Assembly (NCBI RefSeq): GCF_002105155.1
Contig: NW_019028981.1
Coordinates: forward strand, 310,001 to 374,000
From: Lobosporangium transversale
Lineage: Eukaryota
Direction: 5' to 3'
DNA length: 64,000 nucleotides
Part shown: in pieces, positions 13,746 through 28,844 of the stretch
How the letters are laid out: each line of letters starts with the position of its first letter
Position numbering within the stretch: the first letter of the stretch is position 1
Made by a program: the position numbers and the translations under genes
The notes under the pieces: model-generated
What the model was told of the DNA's origin: nothing
Databases searched by the model: none
The model's input: only the letters and a program-made list of their open reading frames with translations

Positions 13746-14470
13746 GAGGGAGAAGAAGCGGCATAAATATCTCCGCGATAGCCTAGTCAGAGAATAGTTG
13801 ATATTCCTTTGCAATCTATTGATGCTTTATTACTCTGCAAGACCAATGTTTTTCGCTGTGCTCTAGGAATGCACATCTCGGAAGGCGAATGCCTGTCAAA
13901 ATGCGCATATTCAGAGGAAAAAAGGAGGGAGAAGGAGGTGATGCGCGTCGAAAATACCCCTGCCGATGTCTGCTTTGCTTGTATGCAGGTGGTGGTTGTG
14001 GTATCGAAGATATTTTTGTATGATCAACAAGGATCAATTGAATGCATGTATAAGTTGTACTCTTTTTTTTTTTAGCCTTTTCACATTCAGACATTTCATC
14101 ATAGAGTGGGTGACTTTTGGTTTACCATTTATAATAAAAAAGATATCGAGGACTCATCAAAGATGAATAGCCACTCCTTCCCCTTTATCCGCGCATTCAT
14201 TGTTTAATTTTCATCATTCCTATGCAATGATTTACTGCATCCCTTGTGATTAGGAATGAGTAAATGAATCGTAGGGTGCAGAAATGCAGATTCTAAAGAC
14301 ATGTTTGTTACTCTTGCTGGCAAGAAGCATCGTGTCTGCTGCACGTTGTTCTGTGTTTGATTTAATGCACATTGTGAACAAAAGAAGGAGACACAGGGAC
14401 ACAAAGAGAAAGAGAAAAAGGCAAGGAAAAAGGGAAAAGAGGGGTCTGTGTTGTAATATCAAGCTCAAGA

Positions 14471-14509
<39 letters not shown>

Positions 14510-15575
14510 CGAATCAAGTTCAAAAGGTACAGAAATAACTAACGGGAGAGACAGGGAACAAAAGGGGATCACAAACAACTCTTCCGCAAACAAGGATACA
14601 TGTGTACATGTGTCAAGGCTAAAAAAAAAAAAAAAAAAAAAAAAAAAAGAAACTATGAATCATTCTACATTAAACATGCACGAGGTGGCTGGTTAGTTGT
14701 AGGCAATGCTCGGACGAGGTTTTTTTTATGAAGTTATTTATGCTTCCCACGAAAGGATGTACGGAATGTCCTTTTTCTGTCCACAGTCCTCTTAGACCAA
14801 GCTGGCACTATTATTGCTTTGGTCTCCTCAATGTGTTTCTTGTTCTTGATCTTTCTAATCTTTGTGTTGGTCTGTTTCTACTCGTATCGTAGCCTTTGTG
14901 TTGTCAATGATTCAACTGTTAAATCTATTCATGTCTTTTCGTATTCCCTCATCTTGTTTCTCCACTGTGTGTGAAGTGTTTGAAACACTTATTCGGAAGA
15001 GGAAGCGCTTGATCTTTTCTTTGAAAAGACCACACAAGCATCAGTCATGAAGATGGTCTGGCATTGACTGCCTTGCCTAACAGGCTTCTCCCACGAGAAA
15101 AAATAGAGCCCTGTGTGGCTCTTTTTTTTTTTTATGCTGTTGTTTGTGGGGTGTACCATGGTGGTCAGAGAACAAGAACCTTTTTTTTTTCCTGGCCCTG
15201 AAAAAATAATCCAACAATAATCTTCAACAATCAATTGGATAACACCATGTTGGAGTGAACGAAGGTGGGGCTAGTTGGTGTTTCTGTTTTTATTTTCAGC
15301 GCGTCTGTTGTTTACTTCTTTTCTTTCTTTCTTTTTTTTTTTTATTTTTTTTTTTTAAAAAAACTTCATTCTTCTCATTCCGAACTCAACTTCTCTCTTT
15401 TCTTTCATCACATTACACAATCCTTCCTGTCTCCTTGCTATTGCATTGCCATCACGTTACAATCACCCCTCTCACTATCTCAATTTCATTCTCCCTTTGT
15501 ATCTCACTGTCTTTTGTGTAATCTGCCCTACTTGTCTCCAAATCCCTTACTCTCCTTTTTGCCCTATCTTGGTCA

Positions 15576-20024
<4,449 letters not shown>

Positions 20025-20772
20025 AAACCATTTAGTTTTTGTTTATTGTTATCTTGTAATATATACACCTTTTTCTTATAAAGCTGATAATTGAAAAAAA
20101 CAAAAACAAAAAAAAATCTTGCCCTCATTCTCATTCATCATCTCTGGATCATACGGTGCATGCGAAAACATAAAATGATACCTTGCTTCTATGTGACTCT
20201 TCCGTCGAATACAAGTTTTTGATAGTAATTTCGGGATATGATTTATTATTCTTCAGAATTCTTTCTCCACTCTCCATGGAAGGCTCACTAACAGTGAAAA
20301 GGGACTATATACATATACATTATAAAAGCAGCAGAGGAACAAAGGAATGTTTCAGGGTTTGGGCGAAGTACTTAAACGACATAACATTGTTAGTAAATCC
20401 GGCTGTAAAAGACTTCCACATGGACTAATTTATGCATGCTTTTGAGAGACAAAGAAAGCATGCATTGATTCAGCTGAAGAAACATAGAGCAACCATGATA
20501 GATCGTAAATAAAATGGATAGGAGACAGATGTGGTATAGCGAATAATAATTGGACCTGGGCATGACTGGAGAAGCGGCAAGAGCTGCTCGTGAGTGTGGA
20601 TCCTATTGATCAAAAGCAAGTTGAAAGATCTCATAAATATCTATGCCGGCTACACACTGCGGGGAGGGGCTTTTGAATTATACACATTGAGAAGGATTAC
20701 CTTGTGTTGGCGCTGCTGTCTCTGACAGATCAATTTGCAAGGCCAGATTAAGATGGATGTATCCAATGTATA

Positions 20773-21089
20773 ATAATATCAAGACAGTTGGAGTTGCCTT
20801 GAAACCAACTTTCCAACTCTGAGTGATGGACTTAGGCGAAAGTCCATGGTAAATGCCCTGTATAGGCCAATCTGATGTGCGCTCTATCTCGTCCTCATCC
20901 TTATCCTCATCGTCGTCACTCCTATCATGGCATCGTACTTCCCGCACGCCACTGATGTGCATCTCTAGAGATCCCCAAATGTACTCCTCCTCTGCTGTAG
21001 TAAAAGTTAGGTCTTTGTCCTTTGGGGTCTACACCTCTTCTTGTCCTTTGTGCTTGCTCCTACATCGCTTTTAGTTCTTTCCTCCATGT

Positions 21090-21091
<2 letters not shown>
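20773..21091 (-). pseudogene. Degenerate older copy of the non-LTR retrotransposon ORF 3' region
   Basis: Aligns by eye to ~21784-22092 (MHISGVREVR..DWPIQGIYHGLSPKSITQSWKVGFK vs MHIDGVREVR..DWSVQDIYHGLTPKSIAQSWKVGFK); cut by a poly(T) insertion at 21092. Confidence 0.88.
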
Positions 21092-21120
<29 letters not shown>

Positions 21121-21238
21121 GGTAACAAGGACTCAAGAGGTCATCTAGAATTTATTAAGATGTTAGCTCTATAAATGGGTTGCCCCATTACTGGAGTCAC
21201 AAATAAAGCGGTATCCAATAATCGACCGAAGTCGCAAG
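21092..21238 (-). mobile_element. 5'-truncated non-LTR retrotransposon 3' tail (3' UTR plus poly(A))
   Basis: T29 followed by GGTAACAAGGACTCAAGAGGTCAT..TTTATT, the same terminal motif as at 21250 and 22970. Confidence 0.8.
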
Positions 21239-22759
21239 TTTTTTTTTTTGATAACAAGGACCCTCAGGGTCATGGGATTTATTTTCTACACTCTATGAAC
21301 AAAATGCTCCAGAAACTATAGTCAATAAACAGCTATTACTGCACAAACGACAAGAGCCGCTGTATCCATGATTTCATAAACCCTGACCGCCGTGGTTGGT
21401 ACTCAAAGTCCACCTTTCCGACGTGGCCTGTTGCGCAACGCGACAAATTATCCGCTATCCATAGTCATCAAAAACTTCATTCCACCTAGCCGCTCCATCA
21501 CGTCCAGGTTGGTTTTCCCAAGGTAACTGTCCCGGACTCGGTCATCCGCGATCTTGTAGATCTCTTTTACATTCAGCTTCTGTCTTTGTCTGAGGGAAGG
21601 GACAAGGAAATCATTGCTACTACGTCTGTGCTCCCCAACACAGTTGCCTCCTCTAGCGCGTTTGCTCATAGCAGTGATTCCACGAGCCTTTTCCCATTCA
21701 ACGGTGACTTTACACCGTTTGTTCCAGATTTCTGTACGACCGAATTCCTCTATGGCCTTGACGAAGCGCCCTGCCATATATGTAGCTATCCTTGTTGTTG
21801 TCTTGAAGCCAACTTTCCAACTCTGAGCAATGGACTTGGGCGTAAGTCCATGGTAAATGTCCTGCACAGACCAATCTGGTGTGTGCTCTCTCTCTTCCTC
21901 ATCATCGCCGTTCCTATCACCATGGCGTCGTACTTCTCGCACACCATCGATATGCATCTCCAGAGTTTTCCAAATGTAGTCCTCCTCTGCCGCAGTAAAA
22001 GTTGGCTCTTTTGTCCTTGGTGGGTCTACACCTCTCTCTCTGGCCCTTTGTGCTTGCTCCTGCACTGCTTTCAACTCTTTCCTCCATGTCCTCTCCCCTA
22101 TCACATTCACATTTTGGATTATCTCCTTCCACTTCTCGGCCTGAGTCTCCATCGTCCTTGGACATCTCCAGATGTGCGATGTGTCTTCATCCTCTGTCCC
22201 ACACACTCTGCAGTTGCCGTCTTCATAAAGGTCCGGCCTCCAGTGTCTCATATATGACTGTGTAGGCAACATTCCATGGAGTTTCTTGATCCTGTGCGCT
22301 CGCTTTTGGCAGTCCGCTGGGCTGGTGAAGAGTCCTTTCGGTAGGTTGCTATCATGAACAATGTTCATAGTAGCTCGCCAATCAATTTTTGTCCAATCCT
22401 TAACATGCTCCTGCATCCTGTTGTGAGCGATCCACGTGTGATGTGTACGAGTTGTTGACTGTAACTTAAGGATCTGCCTTAAGTCATCTTCCGCTGGTAC
22501 ACCGTTGAACTTTGCATGGCAGTACATGTCATTATGCTTCGTTATGTTGATATCCCATAGCTCGCCATAATGTCCATGTTTTGCTGCTTCGTCCGCTTCT
22601 TCGTTCCCTCGGTTGCCGGCATGTCCTTTGACCCACTCGACCGTGACTTCCGATCCTTGTTGAATAAATGCGTTGTGTATAGTTGCCCACCATACTGCAT
22701 ACGGTGATCTAATACGTTGTCGCAACGTGCGCCCTGCCATATATGTAGCCACCTTCAGT
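21239..22759 (-). mobile_element. 5'-truncated LINE-like retrotransposon: RNase H C-half, zinc-finger region, 3' UTR and poly(A)
   Basis: ORF 21448..22752 has WVKGHAGNRGNEEADEAAK (RNase H) and CRVCGTEDEDTSHIWRC (zf-RVT-like); 3' UTR has AATAAA and ends CTTGTTATC-A11; no RT or endonuclease domain is left. Confidence 0.9.
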
Positions 22760-23329
22760 TGTTAACGTTAACACGCTACCATATCACGTGATAACTATGT
22801 TCGTACCATCCATGACCTTGAGCTTTACTTTATAGAACTCTGGCGCACAAGACCCTGAAAAAATCACTGTCTTAAGAACCGGGGGGTTATACTGAGATGC
22901 CCTTAAAAACCGCAACGAGACGCAAATACATAGAACACACTGAAGTTTTTTTTTTTTTTTTTTTTTTTTGATAACAAGGACCCACGAGGTCATGTAGGAT
23001 TTATTTTGATGTTAGACATAGAACACACTGAAGTGTTGTACCAAGATAAAGGTCTTTATTAGTTTATGATACATATAATACTATACAAGTAACTAGTGCT
23101 GAGATGAATGAGGTTGCATACCTGAAGTGTTGTACCAAGATAAAGGTAAGGAACACTTCAGGGACGGAGAGTCCACTATTTATTATAGCGGGGAGGATCG
23201 GGTGGCTGAGCTCACGTCCAGGCAGGACGGGGTGGGTTTGAGGGTACCACTATAGGTATACCTCTGGTCCTACCTACCATGACGTCACTTGTTATAGGAC
23301 GTGAGCTTAAGTTGTCTCGATTTAGGACA
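22760..23329 (-). mobile_element. LTR-like / structured repeat element (boundaries uncertain)
   Basis: TG..CA-compatible ends; minus-strand TATA-like TATAATAAATA (~23177-23187) and AATAAA (~23055-23060); 26-bp direct repeat 23028-23053 / 23122-23147; several inverted repeats. No TSD found. Confidence 0.45.
22946..23015 (-). mobile_element. 70-bp retrotransposed LINE tail with 18-bp target-site duplication
   Basis: ACATAGAACACACTGAAG at 22928-22945 and 23016-23033 flanks T24 + GATAACAAGGACCCACGAGGTCATGTAGGATTTATTTTGATGTTAG. Confidence 0.92.
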
Positions 23330-23751
23330 ACCCTGTCGTAAATGACGCCTATTCATTTACCTAAATATGTATTTCCTTTCAATTTATTTATTTCCTATCA
23401 TCCTATTTTCTACCATTTTTAAATAGTATTTTAGTAGCTTTTTCCTTCACTGCAAAAACGGCATCTCTCTTCTTATTATCGATGCCCTTTTGCAGGTGAG
23501 TTTATCTTCATTATTCTCATTATGAATTCTCAGAAAATTAGCAGTTATTAAAGATCTCTCTTTTTATTATCGATGCCCTTTTGCAGCATCCTCAAAATCA
23601 TTCAAAGCATTACTTAGGATCACTATCGTATCCCAAAACCACGAGGCTCTTGCCCAATTCTTCATTTTTCATCATTACCTACTAGTTTCCAGAGATCACT
23701 AGTAGATGCTCTACGACAACCCATCAAACTGGATCAATTCCGATTGGGTCG

Positions 23752-23824
23752 GCCCTAATGGCTTAGTGGTTATAGCGTCCCACTCGTAATGGGAAGGTCC
23801 TCGGTTCAACTCCGAGTTGGGGCA
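23752..23824 (+). tRNA. tRNA-Thr(CGT), intronless
   Basis: Cloverleaf: acceptor GCCCTAA/TTGGGGC, D-loop AGTGG, anticodon arm TCCCA-CTCGTAA-TGGGA, T arm CTCGG-TTCAACT-CCGAG, discriminator A; downstream T-runs can act as Pol III terminator. Confidence 0.96.
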
Positions 23825-23867
23825 AAACTTTTATCTTTACTGCTTTTTTTAATGATCTTTCTACAAC

Positions 23868-24506
23868 GGATTAATCTATTTGGCAGCCCAGTTGCCAAAT
23901 AACATTCATTATTTACTTGGCAGCCTACCCAGCGTTATTTGGCCTCTAACTATTTTTTTTTTTTTTTTTTTTTTCATTCCTAGGAACCGTATATGTTTAT
24001 AACGCTCATACTTCAAATTAATAAAGCTCCCGTCTTCTACGTCATAGTTATGTGTAGTGACATTGTCTTGTCTCATTTAGAAAACTAATGACTTTTTTTT
24101 TTCAAGTAGGTCGCTCATACAGTTTTGGAGGTGCCATTTGGAGATCAATGCCTATGAGAGGTTTTCGCTCGGAGCAAACGCGTCTCACCTGCTACCTAGA
24201 CGTCTTCAATAAATCATTCCCTAACCGTGTACATTGAAGGCTGTTTTGTGAAGATGTCATCGCCGCTGCCCTTAGTACCTCCGGCGGCATTAGCTGTGCA
24301 AGGCAATGTATCCACAGAACGCTGCCTGTTTTACCACTGATGTTATGACCCTGTTATCAAAAAAAAAAAAAAAAAAAAAAAGTAATGTATTTGGCAGCCC
24401 AGCTGCCACCCAAGAGTGCGAAGTTAAGTGGCAGCCCCCAGAAGTAGGCTGCCAAATAGAGGCAAAAATTACTATAATTGGTATGGGCTGCCAAATAGAT
24501 TAATCC
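23868..24506. mobile_element. Non-autonomous Mutator-like (MULE) DNA transposon / MITE, 639 bp
   Basis: Perfect 23-bp TIR GGATTAATCTATTTGGCAGCCCA (23868-23890 / 24484-24506); 9-bp TSD TTCTACAAC (23859-23867 / 24507-24515); repeated subterminal TGGCAGCC motifs. Confidence 0.92.
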
Positions 24507-24882
24507 TTCTACAACTGTTTTCTTCGACATGTGGAGACTGTGGGTAAATTACGATCGATCATTTTGCATGCCGTCGGAGGCGGCTTGAACAGGACGCGAT
24601 CTTGGCCGTACGACTTTTTCTTTAGAAAAACGAGCAAATCAAATATAAGATCGTTCAAAAGAGTAAAATAAAAAAGCTTTGACCCCACACGGTTCATGTC
24701 TGCGTTGTATTCGGCACAACTATGAGCCGACTACGTATGCGTCTCGCAGTAACTCTCTCATTACTCATTACTCCATTCATGAATTATACCTTTTTTTCTT
24801 TTTTTTTCTCCCACCCACATTTCTTTCTTTCTCACTTTAACTGTAAATTCACCACCAACACTAATAATAACGACAGCCATCA

Positions 24883-25945
24883 ATGTCTCAAGGCTCTTCA
24901 ACAGCACCTCAGGTAGATCTCTCCAAGGCTGTCGGTTTCCAGCCTCCGCCTCAGCGTGTGATCTACACAGCACGAGACCTGATGCTCTATGCTCTCTCCA
25001 TCGGCGTCCAACCCTCAGAGCTTCATTTCTTATACGAAAACGACCGCAACTTTTCGGCCTTCCCAACATATCCTCTTGTCTTGGGACTTAAGAAAGACAA
25101 CCATGGTGTATCCGTTTATGGTGCAGGCGGAAAAGAGGATATTCCAGGAATCCCTTCCTATGACCCCAACAAGCTTGTACATGGTGACCAGTCGCTCGAG
25201 ATCTTGAGATATCCTTTACCGCTCGAAGGCACATTCGAATTGCATACCAAAGTCACTGGTGTCTATGATAAGGGTAAAGGCATGGTCATTGAACGCACCA
25301 CCACCATGGTTGATCCTAAGGAACCCAATAAACCCTATGCTTCCATGAAGGGCTCTGCCTTTGTGAGAGGTGCCGGTGGCTGGGGTGGTCCCAAGGGTCC
25401 TAAGCCTGAGGCCTTGGATCCTCCTAAGGATAAGCAACCTGATGCTTCATATGAGGACAGAACCACGGATGATACTGCTATCTTGTACCGTCTTTCTGGG
25501 TAAGTTAGACTGTTATTTTTTTTTTATGTTCAGCGGTCTTTTTGTCATTCTTCAGCTTTTTTAACTGATACAGTATCTTTTTTTAAAAAAAAACATTTAT
25601 AGTGACTATAATCCTCTTCATATTGATCCTACAATTGCTCCTCGCGTTGGATTCAAAAAACCAATCTTGCATGGCCTCTGCACTTATGGACACGCTGCAC
25701 ATGCTGTCCTTAAGACCTTTGCATCTTCTGACCCCAGTGCACTCAAGTCCATCACCGGTCGTTTCACAGCTCCCGTTTACCCTGGAGACACACTCGTCAC
25801 CAACATGTGGAAGGTCCCGAGTGATCACAAAGACCAAGAGAAAATCATCTTTCAAGTCGTTGCCAAAGAGTCCAACCAGATTGTCATCAACGGAGGATGT
25901 GTCGTCCTCTGGAGTAAGGGCAAGAGGCCTGAGAGCAAATTGTAA
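24883..25945 (+). CDS. Peroxisomal enoyl-CoA hydratase 2 (MaoC / hot-dog fold), standalone
   Basis: Intron 25500-25602 joins the hydratase-2 motif LYRLSG|DYNPLHIDP; ILHGLCTYG; C-terminal PTS1 -SKL. Confidence 0.93.
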
Positions 25946-26588
25946 AATAAGAATGTTCCATGATGAGAACAAAACAGAGTACGCTCAATTCAGAGTTCAA
26001 AAAAATGCAAGACGTTCGTGCTTGATAAAAAAAAAAAGATATCGTTTATTTCGAGAATAAAAATAATAATAAAAAACTGTGACGCTATGGATTAATGGCA
26101 ATGCCACTTGCATGAAATGTAGTCATCGGTGAATAATAGCCGATTTAAAAAGCGAAAAAAGACAAGGGTATGGTGATGGTACAAGGAGGATAAGAGTACA
26201 GGTCGTCTACCCTGGATCATAATTGTCCAGGGATAAGAAAAGCGCGAAAAACAAAAAACTACAGATCAGACATTTAAAATTGTATAAAAAAAAGTCATGA
26301 AATACATCTAATCAAAGGAGAGGAAAGCATAAATGTACAGGACAGAGAGAGTTGAGAGGCAAATAATGATGCCCCTGACACATCGGAACAAACAATAATT
26401 AGATGTTCCTTTGAGCTCAAAGTGAGAGATTAGATGCAAATCATCAACCATAAAAAAAAAAAGGAGAGGATACTGACAGCCAAATTGAAGAGTAAATGAG
26501 TATGATACAGCCGCAAGAATAAAAATCAAGTACTCAAAGACCAAGCGCTAGAAAAATAATGAAGCCCAATCACGTTGGCAGGACAAGC

Positions 26589-28698
26589 CTAAAGGCCTTT
26601 ATAGATGCCTGAAAATGAAAACAAAACATGGAATTATGTCAGTTGTGATTTGGCTCTTCTTTATGCTATTCGTATCCAATGAATGGTACAACAAATGGGC
26701 CTGAAGTTTAAACATACCATGTCGTTGAGTATCAGTTTTTTTTGGCCACACTTTGTTCTTGTATTTCATCAACTCTTGCCCCATCAAGTATCCATAGCGA
26801 TCAAAGAATGCACGTGGTAATTCCCAGTTATGAGGATCCAATGGGTGTCCATGGCAAATGGCACCACCAAGTAACAACTGACAGAGCTCTTCAATATCGT
26901 ATTCGTGCTGATGCAAGATCATCTTCGCACGGAGTTTGGGGCATGGGATCAAGTCAATGCGAGCGTCATGAGGCATGGCATAGATCTTGGGGTCGATTGA
27001 TGGGTCTGTTGCAGGAGCGGCGGAAGCGAGGATACGGAGTTCCATCTGTAAGCGATAGGACGGAAGGACCACATCAGGTTGTTGCTGTGCATGCTGTGAT
27101 TTCAATCCGTCATCAAATGACAGGCTAGGTCCAGACATACTGAATTCGTTACTGTCAACATCATCAGAGTCTAGGAATGAGGATGTTCGGTTGGGGAATG
27201 CTGTGTCCATTGAGCTTGCCGAGAACGTAAAGATGTTTTGGTTAGGTGAGAAGGCTGCCTGATCCTGCAGCTGACCAAACAGGTTTGCATCAGATGACAT
27301 GGCTTGAGGTGAGGATGTTGGCATTTTGTGGTTGTTGGTAGAGCTATTGCCACCATTCGATTGCACGTTAGTCTGCGAGAAGAGTGTAGCCTGAAGGTCA
27401 TCGTAGGTCTGGTTAGGGAGCCAATTAGCTGGTGCTGCCAGATTGGAGCGGGCGGCAGTAAGTGGATCCATGGGAGCTGAAGTAGCTGTCTTTCCGTCAT
27501 CAGAGCCAGAAGACGAGAACAAAGAAGGCGTCGATTTGTAAAGGACATCGTTGTTCATCGAAAAGATATTATCATCCTGAGGGTCAGCAAGACCAAGTTG
27601 GGCCCATGCATTGGCCGTACTGGACGGGGGCACCGCTGTTGATGATGGTGTGGATGGGGCCATGTTGTTCAGTGGAGCTTGGGATGTACCGCCGAATGAA
27701 GGCTTGAGAACATTGGTCATGGCTGCAGCATGAGCAGTCATAGCTGCAGTCAAAGCTTGGTTCAACATTTGGACTTGTGTGGCATGAGGAATATTATCAT
27801 CAACAGGGACAGGGCCAGGCATGGGTATGGACATAGGAGCAGGCGTTGGGACAGAAGCGGCTACTGAAACAGGGCTTTCAGGTGCAAGGGAGGATGGAAC
27901 AGGCGAGGGATGCTGTTGTGGTGTCGAGAACGAGAGCTTACGGGCGGCATGTGTTTCATAATGACGCCTGTAGAGCTCGGCCTTGACATCTTGTAACAAA
28001 GCTGCATTTCCGGTCTTGCCCAGGGCCGATTCAAAGGAGAAAACAACTTCACGAAGATAATAATTTTCGCTCTGCAGTTGCTCAATGATGTTCTTGAGCT
28101 GATGGGACTCGCGCTGGAAACGGATGTTTGAGTGGTGATGCGACTCCTTAAGCTCTTTAATCATGTTTTCGAGCTGCTGCAGGTGACGCTCCTTTCTATC
28201 GCGAAATGCGCGCTGAGCTGCCCTGTTCTGCTCTTTACGGACAGCAGGCGAAGCGGGATTAGGCTTACGGCCAGGTTTCTTGCGGGTCTTCGCTGGTGGC
28301 GGCGCAGCAGGATCCCTACTAGCAGCATCAGTTGCATTGGTTCTGGTTGTGGTGGCTGTATTGGCTCTGTCAGAATCCTTGAACGACTGTTCGTCGTGGT
28401 CCTCCTCATCGTCATCGTCTTCCGAGTAGTCTTGACCTTGAGAAAAAATTTTGAGAGACCAAAATTAGTGGGTGTGTCACGATGATTCCAAAGTGTTGTG
28501 GGGGAGAGGAAGCGGCGAGGGCAGAGAATGTGGAAGGAGAGGGGAGGAGGGCAAGGGTCCTTGCTTACCATTCTCAGATGGGGATGCTTCTGGGAAGGGT
28601 CTCTTGTCGGGACGATCCATTTCCACAGGGTTCTTGCGATGAGAAAGAGGTGAAGCTGTTGCTGCAGCTATGGCAGCATCAGCTGTTTTGGCAGTCAT
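26589..28698 (-). CDS. Yap/AP-1-type bZIP transcription factor with C-terminal DUF3425-like domain
   Basis: In-frame upstream of ORF 26599..28164: RKEQNRAAQRAFRDRKERHLQQLE; C-terminal RIDLIPCPKLR..DPHNWELPRAFFDRY; introns near 28568-28438 and 26717-26609. Confidence 0.85.
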
Positions 28699-28809
28699 TG
28701 TCAAAGAGGAAAGATAAGCTCACAAAATAGTGGGGGTGTAAATGGAATGACGAGCAGGAAGGAAAAAAAGAAATAGAATAATAAGAGTAAGAGAAGGATA
28801 GCGCGTGAA

Positions 28810-28844
<35 letters not shown>

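Noticed and set aside
20160..20680. Coding-like stretch downstream of the kinesin, possibly a decayed transposase
   Set aside because: Many stops and no motif I can identify with confidence.
23473..23586. Direct repeat TTATTATCGATGCCCTTTTGCAG (two copies ~90 bp apart) upstream of the tRNA
   Set aside because: Only two copies with no terminal structure; most simply a local duplication.
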